In this document: one piece after another, positions 39,503-52,430 of the stretch
Position numbering within the stretch: position 1 is the first letter of the stretch
Layout of the letters: each line of letters begins with the position of its first letter
NCBI GenBank assembly: GCA_965644295.1
Contig: CBFFRP010000396.1
Coordinates: 1-61,582 of the forward strand
Reading direction: 5' to 3'
Source of the DNA: Paraphysomonas bandaiensis
Taxonomy: Eukaryota > Protista > Chrysophyceae
DNA length: 61,582 nt
Translations under genes and position numbers: made by a program
Notes under the pieces: model-generated
The model's database searches: none
The model's input: only the letters and a program-made list of their open reading frames with translations
What the model was told of the DNA's origin: nothing

Positions 39503-39837
39503 GCTGCTTTATTGAAATACCATACAACACGCTGTCTATGTTAGGCCCGGCTTACTATGACTGCTCCACCCTTCTTGCAGAGCTCTGTCGGCTGGTATGT
39601 ATATGCTGTGGCTGTATGTACTGTATATGTATATGTATATCTCAATTGACCTTATACCGTGGTATACAGCAATGTATACATTTCCTACTGTTGCACCTTG
39701 AGAATGATGTAATATATTGTTCTGTACCTTTACACCTGTACATCTGTACACTTGTACCTCCGTATTTTAAGAGCACCTTTTTGATATCTATCTCTACACA
39801 CTCTTCGTAGGTCCCGTACCTCCACATACGCTGATCT

Positions 39838-39928
39838 ATGTCCCCTTAGATCTGCATGTCTAGAGGTACATGAACCCTTCCCACTGTCGGCTTCAGATCT
39901 GCTCTGCATCCACATGAGACACTTATAA
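39838..39928 (+). promoter_or_regulatory. Cluster of four short upstream ORFs before ODC
   Basis: MSP* 39838-39849, MSRGT* 39856-39873, MNPSHCRLQICSAST* 39870-39917, MRHL* 39914-39928. Confidence 0.55.
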
Positions 39929-39948
39929 ACCGCCACACACCCGCCAAG

Positions 39949-41235
39949 ATGACAGATTTCGAATGGAAGGGTGTGATGCAATCTGTATCTGGGTCGACAG
40001 GAGATCTAGTGCGAGAGGTGTCTCCTGATAACCCTGTGTTTGTGTTTCGCCCTCATAGAGTATCAGCTGCTGCTGAGTGGTACACAACACACTTCCCTGG
40101 AGAGACATACTACGCGGTCAAAGCCAACCCCGCGCTGCACATAATCCAGGCCTTGTGGCACGGAGGGGTGAGAGGGTTTGATGTGGCCTCATGCAATGAG
40201 ATCCAGCTCGTACACTCGCTATTCCCTAATGCCAAACTTGCCTTCATGCACCCCATTAAGAACCGTAAGGTTATAACCCGGGCATACAATGAATTTGGTG
40301 TCCGTCGTTTTGTTTTGGATTCTCCTGCTGAGTTGAGCAAAATTTTGGCTGCTACTAACAATGCTACAGACTTGACTCTGATAGTGAGGTTCAGTGTATC
40401 TAATTATGGGTCATCACTACCACTCACCGGAAAGTTTGGAGCAAAGAAAGAAGAAATTGCTCAGCTTCTTGTGGACACCCGATTGGCAGCGAGTTCCCTT
40501 GGCGTGTCTTTTCACGTTGGAAGTCAAGCTTTGATGCCCGCGGCTTACGAGATTGCGCTTAGCAACATTTCTCAGGTAATTGCCTCAACTGCCCCTCTAA
40601 ATGGTGGTGAAGAAGTGCGAGTCGATATTGTTGATGTCGGCGGAGGATTTCCTAGTATCTACGATATGGAGTCTCCTCCCCCACTAGGGGCTTATATTGA
40701 GGCGATAACGAACTCGCTCACGAGCTCAAGGGTATTAAAGGACTCCACTCTGTGGTGTGAACCTGGTCGTGCACTCTCCGCTGAGTCAGAGAGCTTACTG
40801 ACTCGAATAGAAGGTGTCAAGACTGGTACTTTGTATCTAAACGATGGGTCGTTTGGTGCCCTTTACGACGCCGTGCATGAGCGCTGGAATTTCCCTATTC
40901 GAGCGATATCTTCCAATGGAGTTGTCCTCAGCATGGCACCAGAGGAACTCGTGCCATACACAGTGTATGGACCGACCTGCGATAGTGCAGATTGCTTTCC
41001 TTCTCCTGTACTTCTTCCTCGTGGCCTCGATGAAGGAGACTACCTGGAGTTTGGAAATATTGGAGCATATGGACGCTCCATGTCCACCCGTTTTAATGGG
41101 TTCGGGGAACACGACACCATACAGGTGACTGACTCCCCGTGGCCTTCACTTTATACTCCTCCTGTTGAGGAGCCTGCTCTATACTTTACTGAAGCCGCTG
41201 TTATTACTGTGTCAGAAGAATTGGAGACTAGCTAA
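39949..41235 (+). CDS. ODC: Ornithine/lysine decarboxylase (fold type III PLP), intronless
   Basis: YAVKAN, FDVAS, FHVGSQ, DVGGGFP, EPGR, GPTCDS, GAY. Confidence 0.95.
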   Translation: MTDFEWKGVMQSVSGSTGDLVREVSPDNPVFVFRPHRVSAAAEWYTTHFPGETYYAVKANPALHIIQALWHGGVRGFDVASCNEIQLVHSLFPNAKLAFMHPIKNRKVITRAYNEFGVRRFVLDSPAELSKILAATNNATDLTLIVRFSVSNYGSSLPLTGKFGAKKEEIAQLLVDTRLAASSLGVSFHVGSQALMPAAYEIALSNISQVIASTAPLNGGEEVRVDIVDVGGGFPSIYDMESPPPLGAYIEAITNSLTSSRVLKDSTLWCEPGRALSAESESLLTRIEGVKTGTLYLNDGSFGALYDAVHERWNFPIRAISSNGVVLSMAPEELVPYTVYGPTCDSADCFPSPVLLPRGLDEGDYLEFGNIGAYGRSMSTRFNGFGEHDTIQVTDSPWPSLYTPPVEEPALYFTEAAVITVSEELETS

Positions 41236-41634
41236 TTGTGGGTGTATCCCCCAAAATGTAGCTGAATTGTGGTTTTTATTTGATATCTTCTCTTATAACA
41301 AGAATGAGTTATGCCGAACAACTGTGCACGCGTTCTATTTGCTGAATTTTTTGGTGTGAAATGTGTGAAAATAGTAGTTCGGATATACTAAAAACTTATG
41401 CCATCAATGCACCAATCATCTTTATAGTAGAATTACTATACGCTGTCTGTTGCTAACAGGCTATCAGCTAACACGTTATATTCAGTTTGAATGCTCACCT
41501 CGGAATATATTCGTTTTTCGGGAATACAAAAAGCATTTACATTCGAATTTAATAAGAAGTCCTAATATACATGTATATTGTATATAGATATTGCTAAGAA
41601 TTGTCAATATCTATCGCAATGTATTTTGTATTAC

Positions 41635-43135
41635 TTATTTATTGTCATTTTTGGCAACACTTGATGCAATGAATTTCGCAAGCCTTTCCCTTTCATCAGC
41701 TTCTATTAAGCTGCTTATAATGGTATCTAAGGTTTCACCTGACAACACTCTCTCAATACCAGTTGTAGAAAGTCCGATTCTATGGTCAGTGATACGGTCC
41801 TACGTGTAATTAATTCTGAGCCTTTAAAAACTACAATTGAGCACAGCTATACCTGAGGGAAATTGTATGTACGAATCTTATCAGACCTATCCCCAGTACC
41901 CTGAGCAGCAGATCGGAGTTCTGCTCGTGCCTCTGCTTGCTTGGATCTCTCCAGATCATAGACTCTATACACGATCATCAGAAATATAACATTCGAATAC
42001 TGAAACTCAAACTCACCTTGATCGCAAAATTTGCATAGCCCGGAGTTTATTCTGTACCTGTGAGCGTTCATCCTGCATGGTCACAACTACTCCCGTAGGT
42101 AAATGTGTTAGACGAACTGCGCTGTCGGTGGTATTCACACTCTGTCCTCCGGCCCCCTGGGAGCGGTACAGGTCCACCCGAATATCCTGTGGACGAAGAT
42201 CAATCTCCACTTCCGTCGGTTCTGGGAGAACGATGACAGATGCAGCACTGGTTTGAATTCGCACATCATTAACTGGCACTCGCTGAACACGATGTACACC
42301 AGATTCGAATTTCATCCTCTCAAACACCGCATCTCCTTTAATATTCGCCTGGGCTAAAGTGAAGCCACCAATATCGCTTTTGACCAGGGACATCTGTTCC
42401 CACCGCCAACCCCTTTGGCTACAATACTTTTCGTACATTTTGTACAACTGAGAGGCAAATAATGACGCCTCTTCACCACCGGTACCTGCACGAACTTCGA
42501 GAACGATGCCCATCTCATCCGCTTCATCTCTATAACAAGCACAGTCATTTAAGCGGTCGTTAAGCATGAACTAAAAACCACATACCTGGGCATAATGACA
42601 GATATCAGCTTCTCTTCTAGAGATAACAGCTCCTCACGAGCCTCGCCTATTTCTGCCAGAGCCATTTCCGCAAGCTCTATAGATTCCCCGCCCCTACACG
42701 TCTCTGTGATAAGCAGTGGAAATTCAGTACGTGCTGCAGCATACCTCTTACGCTCCTCGTCTTCCATTTGCTGTAAGTCTTGTATTGTCTGTAAAAGCTC
42801 AGCTCTTCTTACTATTAACTCTGCCTTCCGCCCCAATATACTATATTCTTTACTGAGTCGGGCGATTTCTGTTGGAGAGAGCTCCAAGTTAGTCAGTTGT
42901 GATTCTAACTCCTGATACTTCCTAATAACAACGTAACGCATCAGTGATATTCACACACACTCACACATGCATACGTTTGAACGTCTTTGAAATACCCTTC
43001 AAACTGCGCAAGGGTTGTGCACGGCCGCCTCATGAGTGTGAGTGTGTTGATCGAGCCCCTCCAACCCTTCAAAGCAAACCTCCCCATCATAGATACATTA
43101 CACCGCAGCATATGAGACATGCACACCATTGGCAT
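41635..43135 (-). CDS. prfA: Organellar (mitochondrial) peptide chain release factor 1, multi-exon
   Basis: [50 protein letters not shown]|DRITDHR; N-terminal presequence-like peptide; start uncertain. Confidence 0.95.
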
Positions 43136-43750
43136 TGTGATCGATATATTCACCACTCAATCACCATATGCTTCCAAGCAGCAGTGCTTAGATCTGAGGA
43201 GGTTCAGCCTTCAGTGTTCACTGCTCAGTCTTCTTGAGCTGATCCTCTCAAGTATGATATACGTATATACACCCAGTATAATATGGTTGGGACAAACAGA
43301 CCTCTGGTGACGGAGGGGTGGAGGAGTGGTGCAGAGAGGTACTCATAGGAATACTGTGAGGTATACGCCGTATATTCCCTCCCTCTCTGTGCCATGCATG
43401 TGATACAGATATAGTATACGGTATACATACACACCTACAACCCTACAACACTGTAGCATACAGGGGTATAGGTATACATGCACATACATATCCATTACAT
43501 GTACTGCTGTATATATGGTATGTGCTGTATGTGTGTGTGTATGTATGTATGTATATGTGTATGTGTATGTGTATGTGTGGGGTCGAGTAACTCTCAGCTG
43601 CCTGCACATTATTTCGATCAGCTGCTTGCATTCCCAACACACTAATATTGATTGCATGATACATGCCCAGTATAGAATGCAAGTCATCGCTTAGGTGATC
43701 ACAGCCCACGAGATATTAACACAGTGTTGATTTGATTGGAATTGTTTGTA

Positions 43751-46700
43751 ATGATTGCAAAGAAGGGAGATTTTGAGGTGCGTATATATGTATATGTAAT
43801 GCTCACCATTCAACTCATAGGGTGTCACAGGCATTAGGAAAAGTTGCCGAACAGCTTGCTGAGCAGCTGAAGACGGATGAAAAATCACCAGATCTGCGCG
43901 CTCAGTTTGATTTGCACGGAAGCGTCGAGACAGACCACAAGTATTTTTTGGAGCCATATCGCACTGAATGGAGCCCTATGGTGAGTAGACTACAGCGTAT
44001 GCGGAGTATGCAAGTAACTTTTAATTCAGCTGGAGCATAAGGCATTTATTCCCATGCCAGTTAGCATTACAGAACAATATGATCGTGTGTCGTGTGCATC
44101 TTTTATGGGCATTCTGCCGGAAATAAATCGAGCGTGGATAACCGTGGATAGCCGCTTGTATTTATGGGATTATATGAACCCATCCGATTATCTACAATAC
44201 GATGGTCTGAACGAGGTTATTGTGTCGATTGGGTTAGCCGTCCCACGGGCAGGAGTATTCACTGATGTCGTGAAATACATACTAGTGATTGCAACTCCTG
44301 TTGAAATTGTCTTATTGGCAGTGACTTGGAACGAAGACAAGCGGCATATTCGATTGCAGCACACCAAATACGCTATTCCATCTGACGATGTAACAATGTT
44401 GAAAATTGTGTGTGCTCAATCGGGACGTGTATTTATGGCCGGCAATGACGGAAATTTATATGAGCTCATATATGAGAACTTACAGGACTCGTGGGCGACA
44501 TATTTGGGTGTGGGTGAGCCACATAAATGCCGAAAGATCAATCACAGTGCGTGGAATATCGTCAATGTGGTTCCTCCCGTGGTAAAGGAATTCGTCGGAT
44601 GGGACGATACTTTAGTTGATGTTGTTGTGGATAACCTGCGTTCCCTTTTATTCACTCGATCAGCAAGAGGAAATATAAACATGTTCTTCCTTGGAACAAA
44701 TGAAAGTTGCACTCAGTGTGTAGTAAGCAATTTTAACGTCTTCCAGAAAACGAGGGATTTTCTGTCTCGTAGATCGGGTAGTACCTACCCTGATGCCCGA
44801 CAGTTTAACGACGACCATAACTTGATGATAGTTTCTATGCATGTCGTATCACTCTTTGAGTCTAAATCAGTTAACTTGTTACTAGTGTTGTCTAGTGGTG
44901 TGCGAGTATATCTCAGCACTGCTACAGACACTTTTTCTTCCTCGGCGCCTAATACGCTGTCTGTGGCGCACGTCCGCACTCCTCCTATGGAACGTAACAC
45001 TCTCCCGGCTACCTCTGTCGGGGGCATGACGCCACTGTCTAGTAGTGCCGTGCGCGTTGATAGAGCCTTCTATTCCCACGGTGTCATGCTAGCAAGCGGG
45101 AGGTTCTCTAATACGCAGGTGGGAAGGGAAGAAAATACGACTGGCCAAGACACGTTGTTGGGTCTTACTGAGGACTTGATATGTCGTGACTCTGTACGGG
45201 GTTTACAGCCGTCACTGCGCGAGGCGGTGTCGCTGATCACCACCTCTCGGCAGCAAAGCGCTGCGGGTGCATCCGGAAGTAGCCGCGGCCGTGTTCACGA
45301 CATCAAAGAGTCGTGCCCGCAGCTTCATGGCTTAGGACTCTCAAGGATACAAGTTCTATCAAGCCTGTCACGTACTGCTCCGAATGAGTCTAGGCGTGTA
45401 CATGTTAGTGGTAATAGCAATTATACAGTACTTGGAGTAGCTAAGGATGTCCCTCCAAATCCTCCTCCAGGCTCGGCTCCCTGTTTATCGTACGCGCACC
45501 GGCCACCTGAAGCAGGCGTCCCACTAGAGGACATGCATAATATATGTCAGTTAAATGAGTTTGCATGGACGCACCTGCCAGTACCATCGGCTGCTGTGCA
45601 GAGACAGTTATTATGTTTGACCAATCAGGGGATGCATGTAATAAACAAACTACGACCAGTGGACTATCTCATGCGTATACTATCTATGCGTGGAACAGGT
45701 CACGAGTACCTCTCTGCTGCACAGTCCTTTTTTGGTCACTATGGTGCCGTACAGTCGTGTGCCATGTGTGTGGGGATAGCATGTGGGCTTCCAGGTGATG
45801 CTGGTGGTGGAGAAGGGATCGACCCGTCTATTCCGATTACAGCGCCTGCTGCTGATGAAGTGCGTCGCAGGGCTGTGTCCATCATGCTCCAGTTAGGTGG
45901 GGCAGCAAGCTTTCGGCGAAATAAAGTACTAGGATGGGCTCCAAACGTTGCAGATATCACGTACTCGCAGAGCTACGATGCAATTACATTATTTGCCTCG
46001 CGAGTCCTTCGTCCGATTTGGTTCCGTGAAATAATTTTTCATGAAAAACATTCCGGAAGTTCTGTAAGTGGTAATGTTATACCAGCAAAGAATAGGCTAA
46101 AATTTTTATTGAGCCAATTTGATATGAATAGCATCCGGCAACCACTAATTCAACTCTTGGGAGTATTGAGAGAATACTTTGCATCTGCTATTCGAAGACC
46201 CCCGCAAGAAACCTCTCGAAATGCTCCAACGAATAGTGTGCAAACTGGAAAAGCCAATGTAATTGTGCGTCAATTGGGCATGAATTCTCGTGCGCGGGAT
46301 GCCGAAGTAACTCGTGAAATAGACGCGAAACGTCAAGAGGAGGCAGCTTACAATGCCTTATATCGTTTGCTTTCCAGGAGTTGCCAGGCACTGTCACTTT
46401 TTGATATTCTTTTATCTGCAGAAAGAAACCACAATATCAGCATAAATTGGAGTGATTTAAATGGGAAAATGTTTTCTGATATTGTGACCACTGCTGCAGC
46501 TCATGAGAGTGTAAAGCGGTTGGTCAACGGTGCGCTTCAGGATCAGTCATCATCTTCCAGAACAACTCATGTGGCTGACGAGATAACTTTGCAATTGTCT
46601 CGGTTTTGTTACCTTTGGTTTTCCCGAGGCGATAAATTTTTGTATGAAGGTCTCAAAGCCCTTATGGCTGGTCACACTGCACCTGCGGGTTCTTCTGAGC

Positions 46701-48943
46701 GTGCATCTTACGTCACACAAGCAGGCGGATTATTATGCCAGGCCGCTAGATATTGGAGATCTCTGAATGATGTGGAGGGTGAAAAGAGCATTCTGTGGTC
46801 CACGTGTGCCCAACTTATTACGCTTGGTGGAAACGCTCCGGAACGTGTCGTTGACTTATGTGTATCAGCATCTGAAAATTTTGGGGGTGGCAAGGGTAGT
46901 TCGGATAGTCACCATTCCCTGATGTCGGCATTCGAGTCTGGTGCAGAGAGCGAAGAATGGGAAAAGGACTTATACCATGGAGGTGGAGTATTTACCTCTG
47001 AAGAGCGACTGAGGGCGAGAAAAGATTGTTATGAGTGCCTTTTGAACGAAATAAAACGCGTGAGAGTATCAGCGGACAGATTGGGTGGTGGTGTTGTAAC
47101 AGTAGATGCGGGACAGAATAACTCCGAAAATTCCCAGTCCACTGCATCCCGTATGATTGCTTATGCACTTGCAACAAGTGACGACAAGGTGTTTCACGAG
47201 CAGTTGTACGAAGACTTGTATAAGTTAGACTCGGAGCAGCTGGTGTATATTCAATCTCGGCATATAGAGAATTTCTTACGGGAGAAAGATGCATTAATTC
47301 TTTACAGGTGCTACCTATATCAGTGATGTACAGGAATATCCGTCAATTGCATTTATTTATGTTATAATGCGAATGTTGTGTGTAGGCACTATGTCTGGCA
47401 TGGTCGCCATGCCCAGGCCGCATTTCTCATGGATTTGTTGGCCCACCGAGAGGAAGACACTGAAATCGATACTCGCATTGAGCACTTGATACGTGCTGTG
47501 AACAGTGCGAATCGTGCGTGCAATACTGCGGACACGACAGCTGCTATGAGAGTGGGTGTTGAGAGTGCGGAAGTGTTGGCCAATTACTCGTTCGATAAAG
47601 TTGAGGATTTGACAGGAAAACTACAAATTGCTGGTACGTGAACTTTGCTTGCAGTATATATGATTAAATAATTTTTGATTTTTAGAGTTACAAAGGGAAG
47701 TGTCCAATACCCTGAGGAAGGAACTTCAAGACATTGATAGACAAGTGGTTTCACAGGAAGGAAAGAGGCAGAGAGATCAGCTGGCAGATATTGTACACAG
47801 GCTTCGGTATCAGCTGGTTGATGTCAGCGAGTTGTACAATAACGTTACGGAACCTTATATGCTTTGGGAATCAAATTTGGTAATACTTTGCACTTGTAAG
47901 CACGACGATCCTGGTCTCGCTAAACGATTGTGGAAGTCCATAATATACAGGTAGTAGATGACAACACTGATACATGTCCTCCTCGTGATTTTTCCACAGA
48001 ATTGTACCAAAGAAAGCTTCAGACGTGGATGTGCAGGAATTCTTAGATGAGCAGCGTCGCAAATCGAATGTAATGGTGGATAAGCGGTATGTTTAGTTTT
48101 ATTATGATGTAGGGTCGTAACTTTCCTGCAGTCGCCAACGTACCAGCGTCCGATTTGAGTCTTATGATCAGTGGGTTCCAGATTTGGTGGATCGTGTGAT
48201 CGATTTAGGAACCAAGCTTCGCACGGACAGTCCCATATATGGCAACACTTCGTCGACAACAGGGACTGGTGTTGGGGGACGCACGTGCTTTCCCATATTA
48301 ACTATTGTTGAAGAGCTCGAGGAGATAACAGCAGTTGCTGCAGGCACAGTGGGCTCCACACCTGGTGCTTTCGACAGGGGATGGGTATTTAGGTATGCTG
48401 CAGTAAAACCGATCACGTCTCGTACAAGCTTGTTTCTTTGTTGCGCAAGTTGTGCCCATTCACATAGGTAACGCTGATACATAGGTGCATGCTGCGTGCT
48501 GGCGTTACGCATGGTGAGCTGTTAGAGTGCTATATGGACATTATTCCTCGCTGGGGGGGACAAAAGCCTGGAAAAAGATTGCAGCCACTTTCCTCTGCTG
48601 CTGCAATTGCGGTAGAGTGGGCTCGTCTGACTGCCAGGTAGGAAATAGACTGTACCTTAATTGCGGTGATCATACCTTCAATATTGAAATATTTTTACAC
48701 GTAATATGTTCACCACACTCACTTCTCTACTGCAGTTATAGCTCTACTAGCTCGGGTGAAGCAAGACAATTTATTGTTTGTGCACGATCCGGCAAAATGC
48801 GGAAGTGGCTTCAGTCTCTATCCACGGACCTCAACAACTTATCTGGGCATACTTTGTCTTCTGGAGAAAACGTTCAGTTAAAGGTTGCACGTGGTGATGT
48901 GACGGATGCGGAGCAGAGACTAACCGCGCTTTTATTAGTTTAA
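43751..48943 (+). CDS. NUP155: Nucleoporin Nup155/Nup170, multi-exon
   Basis: MGILPEINRAWITVDSRLYLWDY, ILVIATPVEI, GRVFMAGNDGNLYEL, CRKINHS, SRVLRPIW. Confidence 0.95.
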
Positions 48944-49385
48944 TTAAAGTTCACCACCCATGGTTTTCTGTATTCCAGGAGACATATATTGTTGCGACGT
49001 GTCGTTGTTGATATCGTTGTCATTTACTGGGAGTGTCGCAGTTTTGGTACTGAAAAGTCTTGCAAGCTATTACTCAAATTGCACAGAAGTAACTTCAAGA
49101 ATAATATACGCATAGCAGTTAGAATTTGAGTACTACGGTACATCAGCTAGGCTTGGGCCACATAGGTACTTGGTAGCACGTAAAATTTTAGCTTGATGTG
49201 ATAATAAGCATTGACATGATAATATTTTTTGTAAATGTTAATGGCTACTTAAATTCATGTGTAGTGCAATTATTAACTGTGAATGATGACAGAGCTCCGC
49301 TGATTACAACTGTGTATTTAACTTTATGGTTAACCCAGTGTTGACATATTTTACATGACAACACACACTTGTGTAGGCAATATAA

Positions 49386-49969
49386 CAGGGATAGGGAACA
49401 ATATATTCTACGCTCAGGTGTGATAATCAACTTTGCACGACTAAAGAACCTCTCAGCAGCGCTGCAGATAGAGGAATTACATGATTTATAGATTGTGCTT
49501 CAATATGAAGCAAGCAGCTGTGGTTGGATTCATAGGTACCAAGCCGAGTTCTTTTGGTGACCTCGGCGGTGTTCAGAATCCAGAACACCCTCTTGTGTAA
49601 AATTAGTTCCGTACTCTCTCGTACACTTAATACATACTCTGTTGTTTCTGAAAGCTTATCGACAGTTGTGGCCGGATGCAAGCATATTTCAATTAATATT
49701 GGATGAAAATGGTGATGTTGGCTCAAAGGATGAGTATGAGAAAACTTTTAAATAGTTAAAAAGTAGTAGGTTTGATTATCAAATGACCTTATAATGACAA
49801 GTTGTACTAATAATTGAATCTACGGATGTGTTTACTTACTGATAAAGGATAAAGGATACTAAAATGTTTCAATAGAATGTTCTATGTTGGGTCGGTTTAA
49901 ACACTCCATCAATACTATTGATGGAACGCTATCAAACAATAGTATTGCAATATATTTTCTATTTCCCTG
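49386..49969 (-). mobile_element. Internally deleted hAT element
   Basis: Imperfect TIRs cagggatagggaacaatatatt / aatatattttctatttccctg; ERFFSRAKLIITPERR remnant, related to the 20.8-21.0 kb copy (GTYES.H.CLLHIE.QS). Confidence 0.7.
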
Positions 49970-49970
49970 A

Positions 49971-50214
49971 TGTTGAGATCTGAAGATTCTATATATACTT
50001 GCAATTGAGTGCAGTATTATGTGAAATGCAAGGATCGAAAGATATATATGTAATTAGTACATTATATTGTGTAGTATGAAACTGAAGTAGAAGTGGGTGA
50101 CTATACAGGATACGATCACTGAGTGTGTGGTTTGTACACTATAGTAGTAAATGAATGGTGTTGAACACATCGAACACAACTTAGGTTCTTTATCATGTAA
50201 TGTTTATAATTTCA
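49971..50214 (+). repeat. Putative 5' LTR of copia element
   Basis: TGTTGAG...TTTCA immediately before a short leader and the gag ATG; no 3' LTR in the window to confirm. Confidence 0.55.
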
Positions 50215-51460
50215 TCTTATCAGTTGAGAATAGTAAACCTTAGCAAATAATGTCAACTTCTGTTATGGTAGCGGATGGTAGTTGTAGGGATGGGGAAGAT
50301 GACAAGAAGCTACGGTTTGACAAGAACCAAGCAGACTATTCAGCGAGAAAAATCAAGATGCATCTAATGAAGAAAAACCGAAACCATCTTGGCTTGGAGG
50401 ACCCGCCAGCCGGAGGAAGGAATTTAGAGTCATGGAGAGAGCGTAATGATACCTGTGTTAGTACTATTTGGGAGGCTTGCGAGCATGACCCTGATGTGTT
50501 GGAGGTAGCCAATCAATATTTGGAGGGGAAGGCAATTTTACCTGCTGATGATCCTGCTAAGGAGGTGTTATCCAGTGAGCTCCTTCAGACACTGGTTGAT
50601 AGGTTCAGAGGCGAGATTGGGACTGTATTGGAGAAGACTACGGCAGAATACCATTCGTTCAAAATAAGGCCGGGGGAAAAGGTGTCTGTTGGGGTAGATC
50701 GACTGAACGGTATAATCCAGAAGCTCATAAAATTGGGACAACCGCAGACAGAGGCAAGTAAATTAGCAAAGATAAAAGCAGCGCTGCAGATAGAGGAATT
50801 ACATGATTTATGGATGTCGGTAGCGATGATGCCTAAAGCAACAACTACATTTGATTCGGTGAAAGAGGCTTGTGAAGAGTATGACGAGGCTATGACGCAG
50901 CTGAAGAAACTAAAGGGAGACAAGTCTGAAGAGATCAATTTTACAGCGTCGAAGGAGCCAGTGGTTTGTTCATTTTGTCGGAAGAAGGGACATGTAGCAG
51001 CGAATTGTTATGCTAAGGAACGACAAAGAAAAATGGATAAGTTCAAAAGAAAAGGGAAGACAAAGGAAAAGGCTTCGAAGAGTGTGCAGCAGCCAGGATC
51101 AAAGGATTATACTGGTTGTCATATCTGTGGAGATTTTAGTCACAAAGCCCGACAGTGCAAGTCGAAAAAACGGAAGAACATAAAAAACCCGGATAATGAG
51201 AATCCTCGAAAATCGAACAGGAAATTCGAGACAGAATGGAAGAAATACGTCAACGACGGAGAGTCGTCGGATGATGAAGCGAATATGTTTGGAGAAGAGG
51301 TTTTGCTATCGGTGGATACGTCGGAAGAACCTCGTGTATATCTGGACAGTTGTGCAAGTAAAAGACTGTTTATAGTAAAGGATAAAATTGCACTGGAGTC
51401 ATTTACTCCAGAGTTTGGGGCAATCCAACTAACTAGAAAGGGTTCTCAATTGGAGACACA

Positions 51461-52430
51461 TATATAAAGATCTGATTATTACATGAGAGAACTTGTTGCA
51501 TTTGTCTATCTATTATTCTAGACTAGTGATAACACAGATTACGAAATGCTCAGTTGTCTCGGGACTGCTTGTGCATTGCTGCAAGCACCTTGGTGCAACC
51601 ATCCCTTGTTTTACGTTTAGTCAGGTGGTCTTCCTTTGGGTAGTGTGTCTGGTGGTCCAGTTCCGTGTGCGAGCCGGGGGGAGGGGGGTGACGTGCCATT
51701 CTGTGAATGTGTGGCAGCGGGGGTTTTGTGTTCACTAGTTGTGGTTGGAATTCTGTAGGGAATGAGTGTCGTCTGCCTCCGGATCGGGTTGGCAGGCCCG
51801 CGTTGGGGACGAGGTCTCTTGGGGGGCACGGCTCTGGGGGTGGATGTTACTTTAAGTAGCTGGAGGATCGTCGAGTTGGTGGCGGAGTGTGTGTGGTGTG
51901 GTTGTGAGCTGGCGTTTGCCAGGGGTGGTGTCATTGTTGTCGCGTCGAGTCTGTGAAACCTACAGCCTCTGTTTTTGAGCATGTTTAGTCCTCCATTGTA
52001 GAGAGGGAGCAGAATTTTGGTGACTGATTTTTCGAGCTTGTGGAACTGGTGATCAAGTAGCGAGGTGGAAATGTTGTGGCCGAAAGCGTTAGCCAGTTGC
52101 GAGGCTGTTAGTTGGCCGGTCCAGTATCTCTCAACTTGAGGTGTGTCGGGATCCCAAGCAGCCCTCGCGAGTCTACGTAGGGCATTGTGTAGCCAGGGGA
52201 TGGGTTGTCGTTTCTCATGGAGTTTGGTAAGCTGAGTTTGTTGTGCGTGGAAGGCTTTTTCACGTATTTGGGCGATCTCAGGGTGCGGACATTGGAGGAG
52301 CATGTGCGCCATGTTGTCCAAGTTGTGGTTGCAGTCTGTACATTTGGCTGCTGTTGTGAGTTCGTCTCCTTGTTTGCCCTTGGCTCGATTTCTGCCCATC
52401 GCGTAGGATTTATCCCACACGTATGCGGTT
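51461..52430 (-). mobile_element. 5'-truncated non-LTR retrotransposon inserted in copia with 15-bp TSD
   Basis: tcaattggagacaca at 51446-51460 and 52431-52445; CTDC..DNMAHMLLQCPHP zf-RVT-like finger; removal restores the copia frame KGSQLET-QGTG. Confidence 0.9.

Noticed and set aside
22596-47294. Many antisense and overlapping ORFs in the track
   Set aside because: Shadows of the real genes on the opposite strand or frame, with no motifs of their own
50215-50225. TCTTATCAGTT match to U2 snRNA
   Set aside because: Only 11 nt, with no flanking U2 sequence
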